NCBI GenBank assembly: GCA_963711835.1
Contig: CAVQFQ010000021.1
Location: forward strand, 96,001-160,000
Origin: an uncultured delta proteobacterium
Lineage (GTDB): Bacteria; Desulfobacterota; RBG-13-43-22
Length of the DNA stretch: 64,000 nt
Reading direction: 5' to 3'
Made by a program: the position numbers and the translations under genes. The stretch's first letter is position 1; every line of letters starts with the position of its first letter. The notes beneath the pieces are model-generated. The model saw only the letters and a list, made by a program, of their open reading frames with translations, was not told where the DNA came from and did no database searches. Below, piece by piece: positions 57,514 through 64,000 of the stretch.

Positions 57514-58980
57514 TCAAACCCCGGCTTCTTTCTGCCGCATCTCAACAAACAGCCCCCCTCCGGCCCGGGAGGGGCAGGCCTTATCCGGCCCTGGCGGGTT
57601 TTTTTGATGCTCCCTGGCCCTTTTCACCAGGGCCTTGGCCCAGATCGGGGAGCCCAGGGCATGGAGATGGGTGTAACTGGCCAATAGGTTTTTATAGGCA
57701 ACCCCATCACCGCTCCCATCCAGACCGGAGCCCTTGATCATTTCAAATACCGGGGTCACTCCAGCCGTTTCCCAGTTCAGGACCCTGGAATAATGGAATT
57801 CATGCCCTTTGAGGACTGTCCCGACCGGGAAGAAGGGATTTTCCTTCCTGACCGTGAGGGTGGTGTAGCCGTGACCCTGAGGTCGCTTTTCTAAAACAAA
57901 GGTCAGAGGCAGTGCCCCCACCATGGGAAAGGAGCGGCCTTGATAAATAAGGGTCTTTCCCAAATACATAAGTCCGCCGCATTCCCCGTAAACCGGCAAT
58001 CCGGCCTCAATGGCCTTCTTTAAGGCCCGGCGAAACGGTTTGTTTCGGGCCAGTAAAAGGGCCTGGGTTTCCGGAAAGCCCCCCCCGATGTAGAGGGCAT
58101 CCAAAGAGGATGGAAAAGCCCCCGAGAGGGCATTAAGGAAGATCAATTCAGCCCCTTCCCGGGTCAGGGCCTCTATATTCTCGGGATAATAAAATTGAAA
58201 GGCCTGGTCCTGGATGATCCCGATCTTGGGGGAGGCCAGGGATGGCCGGGTTGGACTGGAAGGGATTAACGGCCCAGAGGCCCTCATCGGCGGGGCTTCC
58301 CGGGCTAACCGGAGTAGACCATCGAGATCGATGTAATCTTCGGCCAGTTTGCGGGCTGAGAAAACAGCCTTTTCCACTTCAGGATGTTCCTGAAAAGGCA
58401 GAAGTCCCAAATGGCGTTCCGGGAATTGGGAGGACGGCATCCTTGGGATGACGCCCAGGATGGGCAGGCGGCAGTATTTTTTGACGGCCCGGCGAATGAT
58501 CGACTCATGCCGGCTCCGGGCAATATGATTTAAAATGACCCCTTTTAAGTCCAGGTCGGGGTCGAGATGCAGGCAACCCAGGATCATGGCCGCTACGGTT
58601 CGGGTGGTCTTGGTGCAATCTACAATCAGAACGACCGGGGCTTGGAGCAACTTGGCCAATTCGGCCGTACTGTAAATCCCCCGGGGATTGATCCCGTCAA
58701 AAAGGCCCCGATTGCCCTCGATGAGGGACAATTCCCCGCCCTGGGACCTCTCTTGGAAGGAACGCAGGGCTTTCTTTTTTCCTTGCAAGTAGGGATCCAA
58801 ATTAAAACACGGGGTGCCGGCCGCCATGGCCAACCACCCGGCATCAATATAATCGGGTCCCTTTTTAAAGGGAACTACCTGGATTCCTTTGGCTTTCCAA
58901 GCTGCGGCCATTCCCATGGAAAGGACCGTCTTGCCTGATCCGCCCCGCAGGGAGGCCGTCATGATGCGTGGAAGGCCCAT
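57514..58980 (-). CDS. dsrN: DsrN (sirohaem amidase, CbiA/CobB family)
   Basis: GGSGKT, FKKGPDYID, IEGNRG, ERHLGL, ECGGLMYL, GHEFHYS. Confidence 0.93.
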   Translation of the reverse strand: MGLPRIMTASLRGGSGKTVLSMGMAAAWKAKGIQVVPFKKGPDYIDAGWLAMAAGTPCFNLDPYLQGKKKALRSFQERSQGGELSLIEGNRGLFDGINPRGIYSTAELAKLLQAPVVLIVDCTKTTRTVAAMILGCLHLDPDLDLKGVILNHIARSRHESIIRRAVKKYCRLPILGVIPRMPSSQFPERHLGLLPFQEHPEVEKAVFSARKLAEDYIDLDGLLRLAREAPPMRASGPLIPSSPTRPSLASPKIGIIQDQAFQFYYPENIEALTREGAELIFLNALSGAFPSSLDALYIGGGFPETQALLLARNKPFRRALKKAIEAGLPVYGECGGLMYLGKTLIYQGRSFPMVGALPLTFVLEKRPQGHGYTTLTVRKENPFFPVGTVLKGHEFHYSRVLNWETAGVTPVFEMIKGSGLDGSGDGVAYKNLLASYTHLHALGSPIWAKALVKRAREHQKNPPGPDKACPSRAGGGLFVEMRQKEAGV

Positions 58981-59039
58981 TTTTTGGTGGGTACTTCTAA
59001 AATTAAGCGTGCCGGAAGTTAAGCAGGGCTTAGGAGGGC

Positions 59040-59276
59040 CTATTCTCCTTCGGCATCAGCCTGCTTACCCGCCCCCTTGATCCCGTAAAGGGTAGTACTG
59101 CCGCTGGACCAGTATTCCAGGGTCCCTTCCTGGACCATATTATTGACCAGCTTATTGACCTCACGGGCTTTCTTGTCCGGCAACATGGCATAGAAATCCT
59201 TTAAATAAAACTTGGATTTCCCCTTCTTTTGTTGCAGGGTCTCCAATATTAATTTTTTGGCTTCGGGATCTTCCAT
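59040..59276 (-). CDS. dsrD: DsrD
   Basis: KSKFY..D, YWSSGST..YG.KG. Confidence 0.95.
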   Translation of the reverse strand: MEDPEAKKLILETLQQKKGKSKFYLKDFYAMLPDKKAREVNKLVNNMVQEGTLEYWSSGSTTLYGIKGAGKQADAEGE

Positions 59277-59358
59277 TTTTTTCCTCTTTCTTTAAGTAAG
59301 TCCTTACTCGGAGGCGGGATCTTAGAAACCCCGCCCCCGAGTTCCTTTTTGAAAGAAA

Positions 59359-60498
59359 TTATTTCGTAAACTTGAACTGGGTGGTTTGTCGCCAGGTGTA
59401 ATAGGCCGGGTCACGGAAATCATCGATCAGGTGATGGGTGAATTCCAAACCGGTCATTTCAAAGAACCTTTCCCAGCCGATCCGTTCCGCCCAGTCTCCG
59501 AAACGCTCGTATTTTTGAGCGTTGGCCGCATAGACCTGGACCAGGTTCTTGATGCAGTCCGTGGTTGACGGCCAGCGCGGGGTCTCGTTGGGCAAAAAGG
59601 CCACAATGACCTTGGAGAACTTCGGCGGGCTAATCCGGTTGGACACCTTTCCGCCGGCCATGATGACGATTCCGTCGCCCAGGTCATCGGCCAACGGCAG
59701 GGCCGGGCACATGGTATAGCAGTTGCCGCAGAACATACAGCGGGCGGAATTGATGGCTACGGCCTGGGCCTGAGATCCGTCCGGCTTCTGGATTTTTGCG
59801 GGTTTGATGGCCGCTGTCGGGCAGGAGGCAATGGCCAGGGGAATCTCGCAGACTTTATCGATGACTTCGGCGTCGATCATGGGCGGTTTGCGGTGATAGC
59901 CCAGGATGGCGATATCGGAACAATGGACGGCTCCGCACATATTCAGACAGCAAGCCAGCGAAATCCGTACCTGGGCCGGCATCCTCATACTGGTAAATTC
60001 ATCAAACAAAACATCCATAACCGCCTTAACCACGCCGGAAGCATCGGTCGCCGGGGTATGGCAATGAATCCAGCCCTGGGTATGAACGATATTGGTAATC
60101 CCGGCACCGGTACCGCCGATGGGAAACTTAAAGCCCCCCCCGGGTTGTTTACGACTCAAAAGGTCCTGCTTGAGCGGTTCCACTTTGGAGGGGTTATCGA
60201 CCATGAATTCGATATTATTTCGGGTGGTAAAACGGAGATAACCGTCGCAGTGTTTATCGGCGATCTCACAGAGTTCCTGGATGTGGGAAATACTCATCAA
60301 CCGGGCCCCGCCGACGCGTACGGTAAAAACCTTGTCGCCGCTTTCGGCCACGTGGACCAGCACTCCGGGCTCCGGGATATCGTGATAGAGCCACTTTCCG
60401 AAATTCTTCTTGATGACCGGGGGAAGGAATTCCTGGTAGTTCCTCGGCCCGAGATCGGTCATCCTGTCTTTTAATGGATTTGAAGGATCATAAGCCAT
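59359..60498 (-). CDS. dsrB: dissimilatory sulfite reductase beta subunit
   Basis: [40 protein letters not shown]. Confidence 0.99.
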   Translation of the reverse strand: MAYDPSNPLKDRMTDLGPRNYQEFLPPVIKKNFGKWLYHDIPEPGVLVHVAESGDKVFTVRVGGARLMSISHIQELCEIADKHCDGYLRFTTRNNIEFMVDNPSKVEPLKQDLLSRKQPGGGFKFPIGGTGAGITNIVHTQGWIHCHTPATDASGVVKAVMDVLFDEFTSMRMPAQVRISLACCLNMCGAVHCSDIAILGYHRKPPMIDAEVIDKVCEIPLAIASCPTAAIKPAKIQKPDGSQAQAVAINSARCMFCGNCYTMCPALPLADDLGDGIVIMAGGKVSNRISPPKFSKVIVAFLPNETPRWPSTTDCIKNLVQVYAANAQKYERFGDWAERIGWERFFEMTGLEFTHHLIDDFRDPAYYTWRQTTQFKFTK

Positions 60499-60511
60499 TA
60501 GTCGTTACCTC

Positions 60512-61822
60512 CTATCTCAGATGATACTTGCGATATTCATTAATGTCTCGAGTAAATCCGCCCGGCACCTCTTCCTCTTTCCAGAAGATATAAGGATTGG
60601 TCCTGGGTTCCTTGACCATCTGGGGAACAGGCGGCAGGCCGGTCACTTCCAGCAGTTTCTGGAATCCCTGGCGCTTCATCATTTCGCCCAGGCGTTCCCG
60701 GTTCTTACCTTCTTCCATCCACCAATCCCAGATCTTCTCGATGAGCTCCTTGATTTCCGTGTAAGGCGGTTCCACCTTCATAAAAGGGACCAGCAGAGAG
60801 CTCATCTGGGCGCCGTCCAGAATAGGGGCCTTGGCTCCACACAGGATGGACAGACCCGTATCTTCACCGATCCGCAGGGCCTGAGGCATGACATTGATGC
60901 AATGCATGCAGCGGGTGCATTCGGAGTCGTAGATGGTCAGTTGCTTTCCATCCCATTCCATGCACTTGGTCGGACAGAGTCCGATGACCTCTTTTTGAAT
61001 ATCAAAAGGACCCCAATCTTTTCCGGCATGGGCCCCGGCATTCGGTTTTACTTCCCCGCCCACATAGGCCTGGACGGCTTTCTGATCGATCCGGATCTTA
61101 TCCCGCCAGGTCCCGATAAAAGAAAGGTCGGATCGGGCAATGGAGGCCACACAACAGTTGGGGCAGCCGTCAAATTTGAATTTGAATTTATAAGGAAAAG
61201 CCGGACGGTGCAGGAAGTCCTGATATTCGTTGGTCAGGTCAAAGCAGAGGGCCTGGGTATCATAACAGGCATATTCACAGCGCGACTTGCCCAGACAATC
61301 CGACGGGGTCCGCAGATTGGAGCCCGATCCGCCGAGGTCCTGATTCATGTCGTGGGTGAGTTCCCAGAAGATCTCCTCCAATTGAGAAGTCTGGGTGCCC
61401 AGGAGAATGATATCGCCGGTGGAACCATGCATATTGGTGATCCCGCTTCCCCTTCGGTTCCAGATGTCACAGAGTTGTTTCAGATAATCGGTTTTATAAT
61501 ATTTCCCGCTGGGCTGATTGACCCGGATGGTGTGAAAATGAGCCACTCCGGGGAACATCTCCGGCTGATCGCAGTACCGGCCGATAACGCCGCCGCCATA
61601 ACCAAAAACACCCACAATCCCGCCGTGTTTCCAGTGGGTCCTTTTCTGGTTATAGGTGAGTTCCATAACCCCTAAAATATCATCACAGACATCAACGGGT
61701 ATCTGGAAATCTACCCCTTTTTCATTTTTGGACCGAGCTTCTGCTTCCCGCTTAATGTCGCTTACAAAACTCGGCCAGGGCCCGCTTTCTAATTGATCCA
61801 GCAGGGGTGTCTTGTGCTTCAT
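60512..61822 (-). CDS. dsrA: dissimilatory sulfite reductase alpha subunit
   Basis: THWKHGGIVGV.GYGGG, FPYKFKFKFDGCPNCC, CTRCMHCIN. Confidence 0.99.
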   Translation of the reverse strand: MKHKTPLLDQLESGPWPSFVSDIKREAEARSKNEKGVDFQIPVDVCDDILGVMELTYNQKRTHWKHGGIVGVFGYGGGVIGRYCDQPEMFPGVAHFHTIRVNQPSGKYYKTDYLKQLCDIWNRRGSGITNMHGSTGDIILLGTQTSQLEEIFWELTHDMNQDLGGSGSNLRTPSDCLGKSRCEYACYDTQALCFDLTNEYQDFLHRPAFPYKFKFKFDGCPNCCVASIARSDLSFIGTWRDKIRIDQKAVQAYVGGEVKPNAGAHAGKDWGPFDIQKEVIGLCPTKCMEWDGKQLTIYDSECTRCMHCINVMPQALRIGEDTGLSILCGAKAPILDGAQMSSLLVPFMKVEPPYTEIKELIEKIWDWWMEEGKNRERLGEMMKRQGFQKLLEVTGLPPVPQMVKEPRTNPYIFWKEEEVPGGFTRDINEYRKYHLR

Positions 61823-62170
61823 TATAGTACCTCCGTTCTATGAAAATTTATCACCTGCTTGCTTTTTTGATATTTTTTCAGCCCGCCGGGGGCGTAATCA
61901 CCAGTACTCCACCACCTCCTCTCGAGGATTGAACTGATTATTCTTACAGACTTCAAAGGCTCCCTCTTTGAAGGGGTTGGGCACAAAAAATCTTCCCAGC
62001 GCTGATTTACCCCACCCCGGGAAGGAGCTTTTAGGGGATTTTACAGAAAATCCAAACCCTTTTATATAAAAGCTTCCTATAGAATATCTAGTCCGCTTTT
62101 GTCAACAAAAAAATGTGAGAAAAGAAACAACCTTAAGGCAGTTAGGCCCTATAGGGGCTGATTCAAAAGA

Positions 62171-63340
62171 TCAGATCCTTACTTCCTTAAGAATCCGGCC
62201 AAGATCCTTCACATGTTCACTAAAATGTCTTTTGATAACCGGAATATCCGGGGCCTCCGGGGAAGAGGATTCCAGGAGGGCAGCCAGCCTCTCTTCAAGG
62301 GCCTCAAGGGAAAGGCCACGGAGCTTTCTTAGAAATTCAGGCAGGAACCTTTCCGGCCAAGCCTCCTCCCGGCTTTTTATGTCCAGGGCCTCCAGGAATC
62401 CCGACAGGCTTACTTCCAGACTGTCTTCTCCGGCCCAGACCACCTCCCCCACCCCGTCCAACCGGTCCAGCCGGGTCCGCAGCGACAGGTTCAAGTAAAA
62501 GAAAAGGAGGGCCTCTTCAGCCGGCAAATCGGAGGGGTCGGCCATGGCCCCATATTGACGGGCCGTGATCAACTTGACTTCCAGCGCCGGGCCTCCCTTC
62601 CTGATGACAAAATCACCGGCCCCGTGATGCCAGGGGAAAATTTGCTGATAGGTCAAAACGTTATAGTAGAGGGTCAGGATCCTGGCGGTCTGATAATAAA
62701 CCTGCTGAGCCTCCTCCCCGGTAAGAAAAGGGGGGGGATCTTCCCCGTTCCAAAGAACCATTTTAACCCGGCCGTCGGATGGATCACGGGAAAGGTGGAA
62801 TTCATGGTAGCCCTCAAACCAATCGGCCAGAAACATGCCGGCCTCTCCTTCTCCAACCTCGGGAGGGAAAGGGACCTGGTCCAGGAAATACACCCTGGGC
62901 AGAAAAGGATAAGGAAAGGTTCCCCCCAAATAGTGTAGGGTTTCGAATTCAGAGCCCAGGATTCCTTTGCCGGTGGCGCTCAAGGCCACGTTCATCACGA
63001 AAAGGGCCTTGCCCAGCAGGGTCCGGACCTCGATTTTTGCCGGGTGATAAAGGTTCCCGTGTTTTTCGGAAAAAATCAGGATCGTTTCCAGGTCCTGTCC
63101 GGCAAGATCCTTTTTTAACTGAAGACCCGATGCCCAAGCCAGACGACTGAAATCCTCCCTGGAAATGGCCGCTTTAATCCAATTAAAATACTGGCCGTAG
63201 GTTATCCCCTTCTCTTGAGAAGGGCCGGAACCGGGCCGGTCCAGAGGGATAAAGGATCGGGCTTTTTCGGCATTTAGAGGGACCAGGCCCAGGAGGGAGG
63301 AGCGAAAATAGCCGAGAATGGGAGTTTTTTTTTGATTCAA
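62171..63340 (-). CDS. hypothetical protein
   Basis: 389-aa ORF 11 nt downstream of the TPR gene; motifs EKHG..YHP, WFEGYHEFH, WHHGAGDFV, RLDRLDGVG. Confidence 0.75.
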   Translation of the reverse strand: MNQKKTPILGYFRSSLLGLVPLNAEKARSFIPLDRPGSGPSQEKGITYGQYFNWIKAAISREDFSRLAWASGLQLKKDLAGQDLETILIFSEKHGNLYHPAKIEVRTLLGKALFVMNVALSATGKGILGSEFETLHYLGGTFPYPFLPRVYFLDQVPFPPEVGEGEAGMFLADWFEGYHEFHLSRDPSDGRVKMVLWNGEDPPPFLTGEEAQQVYYQTARILTLYYNVLTYQQIFPWHHGAGDFVIRKGGPALEVKLITARQYGAMADPSDLPAEEALLFFYLNLSLRTRLDRLDGVGEVVWAGEDSLEVSLSGFLEALDIKSREEAWPERFLPEFLRKLRGLSLEALEERLAALLESSSPEAPDIPVIKRHFSEHVKDLGRILKEVRI

Positions 63341-63351
63341 GCGATTCGAAT

Positions 63352-63990
63352 TTACTCTCGGTAAGGGTTAAGTTCCTCCAAAAATTTTGGATCAACCGCA
63401 TACCCGCCGGCCTGGGCCTGATCGCTATGGAAAACCGCTTCCCGGTAATTTCCTTTCTCAAAATAGGCCAGGGCCAGATTGTTGTGGGCGACGGCAAAGG
63501 TCGGACCCAGGGTTAGGGCCTTTTGGGACATGGCGATGCTTTCATCCAGCCTTCCGGCCATAAAATAAGCGCTGGCCAAGGTAGCCAGGGCCTGAATAAA
63601 CTGGGGATTAAGGCCGACCGCCTTTTCCAGGGCATCAATGGCCTCGGTCAGGTCTCCCCTCTGGAGATGAGCAAACCCCAAATTGCCGTGGGGAACAGCA
63701 AATTTAGGTCTGACCTTAATGGCCTCCCGGTTAAATCGGATGCACCTTTCCAGGTCTCCCTGCTGAAAATAAATGCCCCCCAGGTCCACATAGGCTTCGG
63801 CCAGGGTGGGACTGTATTCGATAGCAGCGAAAAACTCCCTGATGGCTTCATCCCATTGACCTTGTTTCAGCAAGGCCACAGCCAGGTTATAATGGGTGGT
63901 GCCGCATTCCTGGTTTTTGAGCAGGGCCTGCCTTAATTCCTCAATATAGGCCTCGGTGGTTTGATCCGGGGTATTAATGGATTGGGTCAT
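63352..63990 (-). CDS. tetratricopeptide repeat protein
   Basis: Five TPR-like repeats (HYNLA, AYVDLG, PHGNLG, ALATLA, AHNNLA); GAGG SD. Confidence 0.9.
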   Translation of the reverse strand: MTQSINTPDQTTEAYIEELRQALLKNQECGTTHYNLAVALLKQGQWDEAIREFFAAIEYSPTLAEAYVDLGGIYFQQGDLERCIRFNREAIKVRPKFAVPHGNLGFAHLQRGDLTEAIDALEKAVGLNPQFIQALATLASAYFMAGRLDESIAMSQKALTLGPTFAVAHNNLALAYFEKGNYREAVFHSDQAQAGGYAVDPKFLEELNPYRE

Positions 63991-64000
63991 GCTTACCTCT

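Overview
Chromosomal window of an anaerobic, selenocysteine-using sulfate/sulfite reducer (gene content points to Desulfobacterota; inference). From left to right: two TIGR03032-family genes plus cysC; spmA/spmB-like gate-domain pair; a sigma-54 regulatory module (haem-motif/Cys-PAS histidine kinase, NtrC-type regulator, archaemetzincin, and a Cys-rich GcvH-like protein lacking the lipoyl lysine, preceded by a clear -24/-12 promoter and paired enhancer palindromes); a 13.5-kb hdrL-mvhD-hdrD-hdrA'-hdrA''-mvhD-fdhB-fdhA operon with five in-frame UGA (Sec) codons, each followed by a SECIS-like hairpin; rpsF-rpsR-rplI-dnaB-hflX-DUF362 (hflX appears to start at AUU); pgk-tpiA-secG-tRNA-Leu(GAG); a 7-kb decayed island of toxin-antitoxin modules interleaved with four divergent 5' fragments of a NERD-domain gene; gap, a giant barrel-less PPDK-like dikinase and a divergent second GAPDH; comEA, a transporter, a hydrolase and a VOC protein; and a contiguous reductive dsrABD-N-C-T-MKJOP cluster. 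Three core-type genes each carry a single +1 insertion (possibly sequencing error). No CRISPR array, rRNA, integrase or intact transposase was seen. All family assignments are from motif recognition by eye, not database searches.
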